This document shows positions 10,041 through 19,300 of a DNA stretch of 64,000 bases, one piece after another (position 1 is the first letter of the stretch; every line of letters begins with the position of its first letter). The stretch comes from Chitinophaga pinensis (GTDB lineage Bacteria; Bacteroidota; Bacteroidia; Bacteroidales; GCA-2748055), in NCBI GenBank assembly GCA_945863035.1, contig CAMAZH010000002.1, positions 8,140-72,139 on the forward strand. Reading direction: 5' to 3'. Below the pieces are notes generated by a model, which made no database searches, had not been told where the DNA came from, and saw only the letters and a program-made list of their open reading frames with translations. A program made the position numbers and the translations under genes.

Positions 10041-10499
10041 ATGAAAGACATTAAACATCTCGTTGTAAGCGCAATAAAGGACGGAACTGTAATTGACCAT
10101 ATTCCAGCAAAAGATCTTTTCAAAGTTATTTCGATTCTCGGTTTGGATCATATTGAAAACCAGGTTACTTTCGGATCCAATCTCGACAGTAAAAAGCTCG
10201 GAAAAAAGGCAATTATCAAAATTTCAGGATTGTTCTTCCGAAACGAAGACATCAATAAGATCGCATTGGTAGCTCCTGAGGCGAAACTCAATATTATCAA
10301 GGATTATAATGTTATTGAGAAAAAAGTTGTGGAAGTCCCTGACAGCATTACTGGAATTGCCAAATGCGTAAATCCAAAATGTATTACAAACAATGAGGAA
10401 ATTGTAACAAAATTTTCAGTTGTTGACAAGAAAAAGGTAATCCTTAAATGTTATTATTGCGAAAAGATTACCGATCAGGATAACATGAGAATTATTTAA
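10041..10499 (+). CDS. pyrI: Aspartate carbamoyltransferase regulatory subunit
   Basis: 152 aa with IKDGTVIDHI and a C-terminal four-Cys zinc domain (CVNPKC...CYYCEK). It starts 11 nt after pyrB. Confidence 0.9.
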   Translation: MKDIKHLVVSAIKDGTVIDHIPAKDLFKVISILGLDHIENQVTFGSNLDSKKLGKKAIIKISGLFFRNEDINKIALVAPEAKLNIIKDYNVIEKKVVEVPDSITGIAKCVNPKCITNNEEIVTKFSVVDKKKVILKCYYCEKITDQDNMRII

Positions 10500-10960
10500 C
10501 GAATCCGGTCGTAAGATCGAACCAGGTTTTCATCTTTCTGGATTGCCTTCAAAGCAAGGTAATTCAGAATGATTGAAATCATTGGGCAAACCACCGGCCA
10601 AAGAAAGGCGCTCTTAATCCCCTCCAGATTATTGAGGGTGTGCTTAGTGAAAAAGTAAATCAGGCCTACCAATCCGAACATCAGCAATAAGTTGAAAATA
10701 CTGAGACGTATCTGCAAAAGCCTGTTTTTATAAAGAAAAACAATAACAAGCTCAACCAACACAACAACGCCCAGCAAAACTGTTATGGGCCATGTGGACA
10801 TCCGGGAAAACAACTCCGGGTCGGATGATACAATTTTGTTATGCCAGAGTGTCAAAAACAATTTGTCGGAAACAAGAATCTCTGCAATGGGATTTGTAAA
10901 CAACAGCGACATTAAAAAAGCAGCCAGCAAGAGATAAACCGTTTGGATTCGTTGTATCAT
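10496..10960 (-). CDS. Small integral membrane protein (DUF4293-like)
   Basis: The ATG at 10960 gives MIQRIQTVYLLLAAFLM... with about four hydrophobic helices. The longer ORF to 11119 would run over the divergent promoter and start of the next gene. The 3' end overlaps pyrI by 4 nt, convergently. Confidence 0.6.
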   Translation of the reverse strand: MIQRIQTVYLLLAAFLMSLLFTNPIAEILVSDKLFLTLWHNKIVSSDPELFSRMSTWPITVLLGVVVLVELVIVFLYKNRLLQIRLSIFNLLLMFGLVGLIYFFTKHTLNNLEGIKSAFLWPVVCPMISIILNYLALKAIQKDENLVRSYDRIR

Positions 10961-11093
10961 AATTGGGTTATTATTATTGAATTTTGAATTAAAATCAGGT
11001 ATTGGCGTTTCCTCAAAAATGCGAGCTGTCGAAAGTGTTGAAAAGTTCCAAAACTGCGTCTTTTTTTCGGGGTTTGCACTGCAAAAATAATCG

Positions 11094-11101
11094 TAATTTT
11101 G
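11094..11101 (+). promoter_or_regulatory. Bacteroidota -7 promoter element (TAnnTTTG) for the nucleoside phosphorylase gene
   Basis: TAATTTTG at 11094-11101, with a TTTG at 11073-11076 placed like a -33 element. The ATG at 11122 is 20 nt downstream. Confidence 0.5.
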
Positions 11102-11121
11102 GGATAATAAAAACAGCAATC

Positions 11122-12000
11122 ATGCTTGATAAAAATCTTGCCACTTCTGAACTGGTACTAAACGATGATGGCAGTGTGTATCATCTTCATCTTAAGCCTG
11201 AAAACATAGGCGAAAAAATTATACTTGTAGGCGATCCCGGAAGGGTAGAGAAGGTCTCTGCCATGTTCGATTCTGTTGATTTCCGTATGTCGAACCGCGA
11301 ATTCATTACTCACACAGGCTGTTATAAGGGTCAGCGCATAACTGCATTGTCTACCGGAATCGGCATCGGCAACATCGATATTGTGATGAATGAGTTGGAT
11401 GCTCTTGTAAACATCGATTTAGAAAACAGAATTCTAACCGACAAGCACACTACCCTGAAGCTTGTAAGGATAGGAACCTCCGGTGGACTGCAGGAAGAAC
11501 TGGAGGTGGGATCATTTATTCTGTCGGGGATGGCTTGCGGATTCGACGGATTGATTCACTATTACCGCGACGGGGAAAAGGTTTGCGATAAGGCAATTGA
11601 AGACTTGTTCGTTAAACATACCTCTTGGGATCAAAGAAGGCCCGCCCCGTATTTCGTGAAATCATCCGAAGAGTTGTTCAAGGTACTTAACAAGAACATC
11701 GAAAGTGGCATAACCCTTACAGCCCCTGGTTTTTACGGGCCGCAAGGGAGAATGCTACGCCTCCCGGTTATTGATCCCGAGCTGAACGATAAAATTCATA
11801 GCTTCTCCGCCAACGGCATGAAAATCATGAATTACGAAATGGAAAGTTCGGCCCTCTTTGCGCTTTCCCGTCTTTTGGGACACGAGTCCGTCACTGTATG
11901 CGCAGTGATTGCAAATAGGATTAGTCGGAAATTCATTAGGGATTACGAGCCGGTCATTGAAGATTTGCTGCGTTTCACCCTCGATAACATCTGCGAATAA
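11122..12000 (+). CDS. Nucleoside phosphorylase family protein (PNP/UDP_1 fold, uridine/purine nucleoside phosphorylase-like)
   Basis: Motifs LVGDPGRVEKVS, LVRIGTSGGLQ and NYEMESSALFAL. The start is set at the ATG 11122, downstream of the promoter motif. Confidence 0.8.
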   Translation: MLDKNLATSELVLNDDGSVYHLHLKPENIGEKIILVGDPGRVEKVSAMFDSVDFRMSNREFITHTGCYKGQRITALSTGIGIGNIDIVMNELDALVNIDLENRILTDKHTTLKLVRIGTSGGLQEELEVGSFILSGMACGFDGLIHYYRDGEKVCDKAIEDLFVKHTSWDQRRPAPYFVKSSEELFKVLNKNIESGITLTAPGFYGPQGRMLRLPVIDPELNDKIHSFSANGMKIMNYEMESSALFALSRLLGHESVTVCAVIANRISRKFIRDYEPVIEDLLRFTLDNICE

Positions 12001-12006
12001 GCCAGA

Positions 12007-12885
12007 ATGATAGACAAGGAAATCATATCCCTCGTCAGGCTTTTGGAAGACAATGACTCCACTGTTTCGGAAATTGTATCAAAAAAACTCCTTGAAAAAG
12101 GGAAAAGTGCAATTCCGGATCTTGAAAAAGCCTGGGAGAGCAGCCTTATTCCCAGAGTCCAATTAAAAATTGAAGAAATCGTCCACGGAATCCAACTGAA
12201 CCAATTAAAACAAGATCTGCAGGATTGGATCGATGAAGGCGCGGAGGATTTGCTGTACGGCGCGTATCTGGTTGCCAAATACCAATATCCTGAACTGCTC
12301 TTTCCTGACATCCAGTCAAATGTCGAAATCATCAGACGTTCCATTTGGCTGGAGTTTAATGATAACCTTACTGCACTCGAAAAAGTAAGGATCATCAACC
12401 ACATTTTCTTCGCGGTCAATAAATTCACCGGGAATTCCACCAATTTTTATTCACCGGGCAACTCCTATATAAACCTTGTATTGGAAACAAAAAAAGGGAA
12501 TCCGATTACTCTGGCTGTTTTGTATGCATCGGTTTCACAGCAACTGGGCCTTCCTGTTTACGGCGTGAATCTGCCTTTGAATTATGTGCTGGCCTACGAA
12601 CTACCCTCCTACCTCGAAGATCCTGATGGGATTCTGTTTTACATCAATCCCTTTAACAAGGGAAATGTACTGAGCCGCAAAGAAATTGATTTTTTCCTGC
12701 AAGAGCAGAAATTAGAGAAAAAGCCTGAATTTTACAAGCCTTGCAGCAATCCTGTGACCATTGAAAGAATGTTCAGGAATTTGCAGTTGTCGTTTGAAAA
12801 GATGAAGCAAACCATAAAAGCTTCAGAGATTGCCGACTTGCTAGAGGTATTTAAGCAGAATAATACTCTGAATACCATTCGATAA
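12007..12885 (+). CDS. SirB1/transglutaminase-like family protein
   Basis: The core NFYSPGNSYINLVLETKKGNPITLAVLYASVSQQLGLPVYGVNLP resembles the SirB1 N-terminal/transglutaminase-like family. Confidence 0.65.
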   Translation: MIDKEIISLVRLLEDNDSTVSEIVSKKLLEKGKSAIPDLEKAWESSLIPRVQLKIEEIVHGIQLNQLKQDLQDWIDEGAEDLLYGAYLVAKYQYPELLFPDIQSNVEIIRRSIWLEFNDNLTALEKVRIINHIFFAVNKFTGNSTNFYSPGNSYINLVLETKKGNPITLAVLYASVSQQLGLPVYGVNLPLNYVLAYELPSYLEDPDGILFYINPFNKGNVLSRKEIDFFLQEQKLEKKPEFYKPCSNPVTIERMFRNLQLSFEKMKQTIKASEIADLLEVFKQNNTLNTIR

Positions 12886-13903
12886 ACCGATCGATTCCCT
12901 CCTGAATCGGTGTGTATGGCGAATAATTATAATCCGTTTTAAGATCGCTGGTATCCGCCCATGTTTTCGGAACGTCTCCCGCCTGAATCGGCATCATCTC
13001 CATGATGGCCTTTTTGCCGGTCTTCTTCTCTATTGCCGAGATAAAGTCCATCAGCTTTACCGGTTGGCTGTTTCCAATATTGTACAAGCGGTATGGAGCC
13101 GAAGAGCTTGCAGGGTCGGGATTTTCGGGATTCCATTGCGGGTTTGCAACCGGTGGTTTGGAAAGCATGTGACTTATCCCGCCAACAATGTCGGCAACAT
13201 AGGTGAAATCGCGTTCCATTTTACCATAATTATACACCTCGATTGGTTTTCCTTCAAGTATGGCTCGGGTGAAAATGAAGAGCGCCATATCTGGTCTTCC
13301 CCATGGTCCGTAGACGGTGAAAAACCGCAAACCCGTGGTGGGTATTCCAAAAAGGTGACTATAGGTATGTGCCATCAGCTCATTGGCCTTTTTGCTTGCG
13401 GCATAAAGGCTCACAGGATGATCAACATTATTGTGAACCGAGAAAGGCATGTTTTTGTTCAACCCGTAAACGCTTGAACTGCTGGCGTACAGCAACTGAT
13501 TAACAGGGTATTTCCTACAAGCCTCCAGAATATTCAAAAAACCCTGAATATTGCTTTTTATGTAAGTGTCGGGATTCGAAAGGCTGTATCTCACCCCTGC
13601 CTGTGCAGCCAGATTAATAACGATCTCGGGTCTGAAACTGTCGAATGCTTTAAAAACGGCATCCCGATCTTCGAGCTCCGCCTTAATGAAACTCAGGTTT
13701 TCATGGGATTTGCTACGTAAAACCCTCCCGTATTCAATCGTGTCGGTATCGATACCTGATACTTTTAAGCGGGAAAGTTTCAGGTTAACGTCATAATAAT
13801 CATTTACATTATCCAACCCAAGAACAATATGTCCCTGTTTATGCAGAAGTTCGGCAAGATGAAACCCAATAAAACCTGCAGTGCCCGAGATTAGTACTTT
13901 CAT
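12851..13903 (-). CDS. NAD-dependent epimerase/dehydratase (UDP-glucuronate 4-epimerase-like SDR)
   Basis: Rossmann motif GTAGFIGFH and catalytic YAASK (YxxxK). Overall the protein resembles extended-SDR nucleotide-sugar epimerases. Confidence 0.85.
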   Translation of the reverse strand: MKVLISGTAGFIGFHLAELLHKQGHIVLGLDNVNDYYDVNLKLSRLKVSGIDTDTIEYGRVLRSKSHENLSFIKAELEDRDAVFKAFDSFRPEIVINLAAQAGVRYSLSNPDTYIKSNIQGFLNILEACRKYPVNQLLYASSSSVYGLNKNMPFSVHNNVDHPVSLYAASKKANELMAHTYSHLFGIPTTGLRFFTVYGPWGRPDMALFIFTRAILEGKPIEVYNYGKMERDFTYVADIVGGISHMLSKPPVANPQWNPENPDPASSSAPYRLYNIGNSQPVKLMDFISAIEKKTGKKAIMEMMPIQAGDVPKTWADTSDLKTDYNYSPYTPIQEGIDRFIEWYSEYYSA

Positions 13904-13950
13904 TAACTAAATGATTTATCAACATAGATTAAATTCAATAGGAACACAAG

Positions 13951-15525
13951 TTATTTTGCATAACTAATGGCACGAGTTTCCCTAATTACGGTAATTTTAA
14001 CCTGTCCGGGATATGTCATTTCATCCTGGATTTTCTTAGCGATATCGTATGACAACGATTCAGCCTCCTTATCGGTAATCTTGTCGGCGCCCACGATGAC
14101 CCTCAGTTCGCGACCGGCTTGTATCGCATAGGTTTTAAGAACACCGGGATAAGAAAGGGCCATCGATTCAAGTTCCTTGAGTCTTTTGATGTAGGCTTCA
14201 ACCACTTCCCTGCGGGCTCCCGGGCGTGCACCTGATATTGCGTCGCACACCTGAACAATTGGAGCGAACAAGCTCGACATTTCAACCTCGTCGTGATGAG
14301 CGCCGATTGCATTGCAGACCTCAGGCTTTTCCTTGAATTTCTCGGCAAGTTTCATACCCAGGATAGCATGCGGCAACTCTGGCTCATCGTCGGGGACTTT
14401 ACCAATATCATGCAACAAACCTGCGCGTTTGGCAAGTTTCGCGTTAAGGCCCAGTTCAGATGCCATGATAGCACAAAGATTCGCCACTTCTCGCGAATGT
14501 TGAAGGAGGTTTTGTCCATAAGAGGAGCGGTACTTCATCTTGCCTATCATACGAATAAGTTCAGGGTGCAAACCGTGAACCCCCATATCGATAGCCGTGC
14601 GTTTTCCGACTTCAACGATTTCCTCTTCAATTTGTTTTTTGGTTTTCTCAACCACTTCCTCGATACGCGCAGGATGTATGCGGCCATCGGAGACAAGTTG
14701 ATGGAGGGCAAGCCTTGCGATTTCCCTTCGAACGGGATCGAATGCGGAAAGCACTATGGCTTCGGGTGTGTCGTCAACAATAATTTCGACACCTGTTGCT
14801 GCTTCCAGAGCACGGATGTTGCGACCTTCACGGCCAATGATCCGGCCTTTCATCTCGTCGTTGTCGATATTGAAGATGGTTACAGAATTCTCAATCGCAG
14901 TTTCGGTTGAAACGCGCTGAATGGTTTCGATTATCACCTTCTTGGCCTCATGGTTGGCAGTAAGCTTGGCCTCTTCAATAATTTCACTGATATGCGACAT
15001 CGCTTGGTGCTTGGCTTCGTCTTTCAGCGATTCGATCAGTTGCGATTTGGCTTCCTCGCCCGACAAGCCTGAGATTGACTCCAACAACTCAACAGCCTGG
15101 CGGTGATCTCTTTCCAACTCTTCCTTTTTTCTTTCGATTTTCTCCAACTGAAGACTCAGGTTTTCCCGAATGGAATCGACCTCACTGCTCTTACGCTGAA
15201 TTTCTTCCTGTTTATGGGAAATTGACATTTCTTTTTGTTTCAGGGAGTTTTCGCGTTGAGCGAGGCCCGCATTTCGGTCGTTGATCATCTTTTCGTGCTC
15301 AGACTTAAGCTGCAGGAATTTTTCTTTAGCCTGGAGAATCTTTTCTTTCTTGATTACTTCCGACTCGGCTTCTGCGTCGCGAATGATGTTTTGACTTCGT
15401 CTTTTCATGGAAGCCTGGATCAGTAAATAGGAACCGACACTTCCGGATAACAGCCCGAAGGCTGCAATTATTATATACCACCACATAGGAATTACACTAA
15501 CAATTATTAATAATATTTCTTTCAT
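13951..15525 (-). CDS. rny: Ribonuclease Y
   Basis: N-terminal TM helix, long coiled coil, KH domain ([15 protein letters not shown]) and HD domain (LLHDIGK...HH). The 524-aa length is typical of RNase Y. Confidence 0.95.
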   Translation of the reverse strand: MKEILLIIVSVIPMWWYIIIAAFGLLSGSVGSYLLIQASMKRRSQNIIRDAEAESEVIKKEKILQAKEKFLQLKSEHEKMINDRNAGLAQRENSLKQKEMSISHKQEEIQRKSSEVDSIRENLSLQLEKIERKKEELERDHRQAVELLESISGLSGEEAKSQLIESLKDEAKHQAMSHISEIIEEAKLTANHEAKKVIIETIQRVSTETAIENSVTIFNIDNDEMKGRIIGREGRNIRALEAATGVEIIVDDTPEAIVLSAFDPVRREIARLALHQLVSDGRIHPARIEEVVEKTKKQIEEEIVEVGKRTAIDMGVHGLHPELIRMIGKMKYRSSYGQNLLQHSREVANLCAIMASELGLNAKLAKRAGLLHDIGKVPDDEPELPHAILGMKLAEKFKEKPEVCNAIGAHHDEVEMSSLFAPIVQVCDAISGARPGARREVVEAYIKRLKELESMALSYPGVLKTYAIQAGRELRVIVGADKITDKEAESLSYDIAKKIQDEMTYPGQVKITVIRETRAISYAK

Positions 15526-15545
15526 TTCTCTTCACTTATGGGTAT

Positions 15546-15740
15546 AAAAAAACCCGCAGAGTTTCTTCAATACTTAGTAAAACCCCTTTACATCATGGGT
15601 GGAGGAACCAAAACGCGTCAAGCTTCCAATGTTCTCCGAGGAGAAATCCCGAAGGATTAAGGCCTGCTTTATTCATTTTGCGTGCGCCTCCAATTTACTT
15701 AGTGTTGAGTTTCACAAATAATTGAAGAAACAATGCGGGT
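15546..15740 (-). ncRNA. Candidate 6S (SsrS)-like structured RNA, or a structured rny leader
   Basis: On the minus strand, ACCCGCA-UU-GUUUCUUCAAU (15740-15721) pairs with AUUGAAGAAAC-UC-UGCGGGU (15571-15552), giving 7+11 bp, and U7 follows. Inward there is a second helix GUGAAAC/GUUUUAC, then an unpaired bubble of ~17/~18 nt, then GGAGG/CCUCC. Apical hairpins include AUCC-UUCG-GGAU. The ~195-nt size, rod-with-central-bubble shape and position just downstream of zapA (as for E. coli ssrS) fit 6S RNA. Confidence 0.45.
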
Positions 15741-15768
15741 AAATCTTGATCTATTTAAAAGAACGCTA

Positions 15769-16059
15769 TTACTCTTTGTTAAGAAAATCTTCCATCCTGT
15801 CACTTATCTCTTTCACCTTTTCTTCGAATGGGGTTAAATCCATCTGATCCTCCGTCTCCATCACCTTTATTACAAACTGCAAAGCAGCCATTGCCAAAAA
15901 ATCCTGCGTGTCCTTATCTGCGTACTTCTGCTTATATTGTAATACCTTCTCGTTAATCAGCCTGGCAGCTCTTCTTATCTTTTCTTCATCATCCCGGTCA
16001 ATTTTGAGGGGATAATACCTCTCTGCCAGATTTACTTTTATGGATAGTTTGTCATCCAT
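15769..16059 (-). CDS. zapA: Cell division protein ZapA
   Basis: 96-aa ORF with LSIKVNLAERYYPLKIDRDDEEKIRRAARLINEKV, a ZapA-family pattern. The zapA-rny neighbourhood is common in Bacteroidota. Confidence 0.75.
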   Translation of the reverse strand: MDDKLSIKVNLAERYYPLKIDRDDEEKIRRAARLINEKVLQYKQKYADKDTQDFLAMAALQFVIKVMETEDQMDLTPFEEKVKEISDRMEDFLNKE

Positions 16060-16073
16060 TTAATTTCCCCCGC

Positions 16074-16373
16074 TTATCGGTTTAAAAGAGCAATACATTT
16101 ATCAATCTCCCGCACTATCCTGTTTACCCTGATTTTCGCATTGTGCGAATCCTCACTGTCAGCCAACAGGGATTTGGCTATTTTTAAATTTGCATATTTC
16201 AATTCTAACTCACTGATACGGGCCTGATATATTTTCGACTTCTTTTGCAGTTCAAGGTTGCTATTCCGCAGAACCAGCTTCTCTTCCCTTTCCCTTTCAA
16301 TTATCGACAGCAAACGCTCCAACCGTGATTTCAATTCTTCTATTAACTGGACTTGGTTGGAATTCATATCCAT
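16074..16373 (-). CDS. Small coiled-coil protein of unknown function (ZapB-like character)
   Basis: 99 aa that look almost entirely heptad-like (ELKSRLERLLSIIEREREEKLVLRNSNLELQKK...). It ends 14 nt upstream of zapA on the same strand. Confidence 0.5.
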   Translation of the reverse strand: MDMNSNQVQLIEELKSRLERLLSIIEREREEKLVLRNSNLELQKKSKIYQARISELELKYANLKIAKSLLADSEDSHNAKIRVNRIVREIDKCIALLNR

Positions 16374-16498
16374 GATTTAGTAATCACAAATATAACATAG
16401 CTTTCACAAATAAAAAAATAACGCTTTCATTTTTATTGCTTAAAATATAAATTTTAGTTTTACACTTTTATTAACCTTTGCAAATACCCGAATTGACT

Positions 16499-18220
16499 AT
16501 GAAGGAAACAAGTTTGATTTTGCTTTTATTTTTGATGTTTCAGAACATTTTCTCACAACAACCAGTTATTCCTGCAAGATTCGCATCTCCTCTCGATATC
16601 CCCCTTGTCTTGAGCGGGAATTTTGGGGAGCTGCGCTCCGACCACTTTCACAGCGGTGTGGATTTCAAGACTCAGGGAGTTACAGGGAAAAACGTTTATT
16701 CGGTGGCTGACGGATATGTTTCCAGGATTAAAATCCAAACTTTAGGATATGGGAATTCCATATATATTACTCATCCCGATGGTTTAACCTCGGTTTACGG
16801 GCATTTGGAAAGTTTTACCGACAGCATCACAAATTATGTAAGAGCCTACCAGTATCAGAAAAAGACACATACACTGGATATTTATCCCGACAAAGAATTG
16901 TTCAAAGTGGCAAAGGGCGAAAAAATTGCTTTTTCAGGTAACACAGGAAGCAGCGGCGGCCCCCATCTTCACTTCGAGTTGAGAGGAACCGCAAGCCAGC
17001 ACCCGCTCAATGCATTGAAGTATGGTTTTAATGTCAGGGATAAGCTCCCTCCCCAACTTTACCATCTTTTTGTTTACCCCATTGGGGAAACATCCCACGG
17101 CAAATACGCAGAACCCAAGGTTATTGCACTTAAAAAAGAGAATGGGAAATATCGTATAGGCCCGTCCGACACACTGATTCTAAAAGGGAGGATTGGCTTT
17201 GGACTCGAAGCCAACGATTTCCTGGACGATGCCAATAATCAATGTGGAGTTTTTACGATTGAACTCCTGATTAACGAGTTGCCCTACTATATGTTCAGGA
17301 TCGACGAATTCAGCTTCGCTGAGTCTTCCTATATAAACGCACATACTGATTACCGCGCTAAAACAGAAAAAAATAAAAAGATTCATCTTCTCTATCGCAA
17401 ATCCAACAATAGGCTAAGTCTTTATCCTCACCTTAAAGATAATGGTCTGTTTACCTTCCCTTCCGGTGAAACCTCAAAAGTTGAGGTTCGTGTAAGCGAT
17501 ACTTATGGCAATAGCTCCGAATTGATTTTTTATGTTAGGGGAAGCGCACCTGTCCTCATGTCGCAAAAGGCAGACAGCCTATCAAATCCGATTTTTAAAT
17601 GGAACACGCCAAACTATTACGAAAACGGTCAAATAAGGCTCATGATTCCTGCCAACTCACTTTATGAAGACTATCAATTCAACTATGCGCGAACCGACAT
17701 CGGGTATCAAAAAGTGTATCCCTTCACGCACTATCTAGGAGATTCATTCACTCCACTTCATAAGCCGGCAGATGTTTCCTTTTCAGGGGAAATGATCCCT
17801 CTGCACTTACGAAGTAAAACATTCGTAGCTGCAGTAAATGGAGCAAACGATATAAACTGCCTGTCGAGCACATGGAGCGGCAACCGAATAAGCGCACGCA
17901 TCAAAAAACTGGGAAAGTACACTATTGTAATCGATTCGGTTGCTCCGGCAATAACCCCCCTTAATATACGGCAAGGATCGAATATGACACATGAATCCTC
18001 GATACGGTTTGCTGTTACCGACGAGCTGAGTGGGGTATCCGAATATCAGGGTTATATTGATGATGAATGGGTTCTTTTTGAGTATGACCCTAAAGACGAC
18101 CTGATAAGACACAGCTTTGACGCTACCCGAACGATTTCCGGTATTGACCATGATCTTAAGCTAATTGTAAGGGATACCGCTGGAAACCAAAAAACGTATC
18201 AAACAAGATTCCAATGGTAA
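16499..18220 (+). CDS. M23 family metallopeptidase
   Basis: HxxxD (HFHSGVDF) and HxH (GGPHLHFE) zinc motifs, with a signal peptide from the ATG at 16499 (MKETSLILLLFLMFQNIFSQ). The TTG at 16478 in the ORF track is less likely to be the start. Confidence 0.85.
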   Translation: MKETSLILLLFLMFQNIFSQQPVIPARFASPLDIPLVLSGNFGELRSDHFHSGVDFKTQGVTGKNVYSVADGYVSRIKIQTLGYGNSIYITHPDGLTSVYGHLESFTDSITNYVRAYQYQKKTHTLDIYPDKELFKVAKGEKIAFSGNTGSSGGPHLHFELRGTASQHPLNALKYGFNVRDKLPPQLYHLFVYPIGETSHGKYAEPKVIALKKENGKYRIGPSDTLILKGRIGFGLEANDFLDDANNQCGVFTIELLINELPYYMFRIDEFSFAESSYINAHTDYRAKTEKNKKIHLLYRKSNNRLSLYPHLKDNGLFTFPSGETSKVEVRVSDTYGNSSELIFYVRGSAPVLMSQKADSLSNPIFKWNTPNYYENGQIRLMIPANSLYEDYQFNYARTDIGYQKVYPFTHYLGDSFTPLHKPADVSFSGEMIPLHLRSKTFVAAVNGANDINCLSSTWSGNRISARIKKLGKYTIVIDSVAPAITPLNIRQGSNMTHESSIRFAVTDELSGVSEYQGYIDDEWVLFEYDPKDDLIRHSFDATRTISGIDHDLKLIVRDTAGNQKTYQTRFQW

Positions 18221-19290
18221 ATAATTTAAAAAAGCTTACTGTTTTGGGCATGATGTCGGGCACATCACTTGATGGACTTGATCTGGCGATCTGCAGCTTC
18301 TCAAGAACGAATTCCAAATGGGATTACGATATTCTCAAAGCAAGCACCATAGCATACTCTCCCGATATTAAAAAAGCATTGGATAATGCAATTCGGATGA
18401 CGGCTGAGGAACTTCTTATTCTCGATCACAACTATGGGAAATGGCTTGGACAGGAAGCCCGCAACTTTCTTGATTCCAACAACCTAAAGGCTGACTGGAT
18501 TGCATCCCACGGGCACACCGTATTCCACCAACCCTTAAAAGGCTTCACGCTTCAGATTGGTAATGGCCATGATATTGCAGCATCGGCAAACCATCCTGTA
18601 ATTTACGACTTCCGAAGTCTCGATGTGGCTTTGGGAGGACAAGGAGCTCCCCTGGTTCCATGCGGGGATCACTTTCTTTTTGGGAGTTACGACTTCTGCT
18701 TAAACCTAGGCGGCTTTTCAAATGTTTCCTTTGTAGAAAAGAGTCGAAGAATTGCATTTGATATTTGTCCGGTTAATATGGGATTAAACCACCTCGCCAG
18801 CAAAGCCGGTTTCGATTTTGACAGGAGCGGCAATTTAGGACGATCGGGGACAATAATCCATTCCCTTCTCCACCAATTGAACAACTTGGGCTTTTACGAG
18901 GAAAATCCCCCGAAATCATTAGGTAGGGAATGGTTTAACCTGCAAATGCTGCCATTGCTCGAGCAGGATTATGAGGTAAAGGATATTTTAAGAACATTGT
19001 ATGAACATATTGCCATCCAGATTAGTTCCATATTGAATAAGTATGAGGGAAAAACGGTTCTTGTTACCGGGGGAGGTGCAAAAAACGCCTTTCTGTCTGA
19101 ATTGATCGGGCTAAATACAAACCGGGAAATACTAATCCCCGATGAAATCCTGATCGATTTCAAAGAAGCCTTGATTTTTGCGTTCCTTGGTTACCTGAGG
19201 ATTAATAACGTTCATAATGTTTTCTCTTCTGTTACCGGGTGTTCTGAGGACCATTGCGCCGGTGCAGTAATTAATAGAATTAACCATTAA
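18214..19290 (+). CDS. anmK: Anhydro-N-acetylmuramic acid kinase
   Basis: N-terminal GMMSGTSLDGLDLAI and later GGGAKN motifs typical of AnmK. The start overlaps the M23 peptidase stop by 7 nt. Confidence 0.9.
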   Translation: MVNNLKKLTVLGMMSGTSLDGLDLAICSFSRTNSKWDYDILKASTIAYSPDIKKALDNAIRMTAEELLILDHNYGKWLGQEARNFLDSNNLKADWIASHGHTVFHQPLKGFTLQIGNGHDIAASANHPVIYDFRSLDVALGGQGAPLVPCGDHFLFGSYDFCLNLGGFSNVSFVEKSRRIAFDICPVNMGLNHLASKAGFDFDRSGNLGRSGTIIHSLLHQLNNLGFYEENPPKSLGREWFNLQMLPLLEQDYEVKDILRTLYEHIAIQISSILNKYEGKTVLVTGGGAKNAFLSELIGLNTNREILIPDEILIDFKEALIFAFLGYLRINNVHNVFSSVTGCSEDHCAGAVINRINH

Positions 19291-19300
19291 ATAATATATT

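Noticed and set aside
10961-11121. 5' extensions of the divergent genes (ORF-track starts at 11119 on the minus strand and 11002 on the plus strand)
   Set aside because: The two extensions would overlap each other by >100 nt. The extended residues are not signal- or domain-like. A TTTG-N17-TAATTTTG promoter at 11073-11101 sits inside the plus-strand extension. Internal ATGs at 10960 and 11122 give the conserved N-termini.
14293-14910. 205-aa ORF on the plus strand
   Set aside because: It is antisense to the KH/HD region of rny, whose coding assignment is unambiguous.
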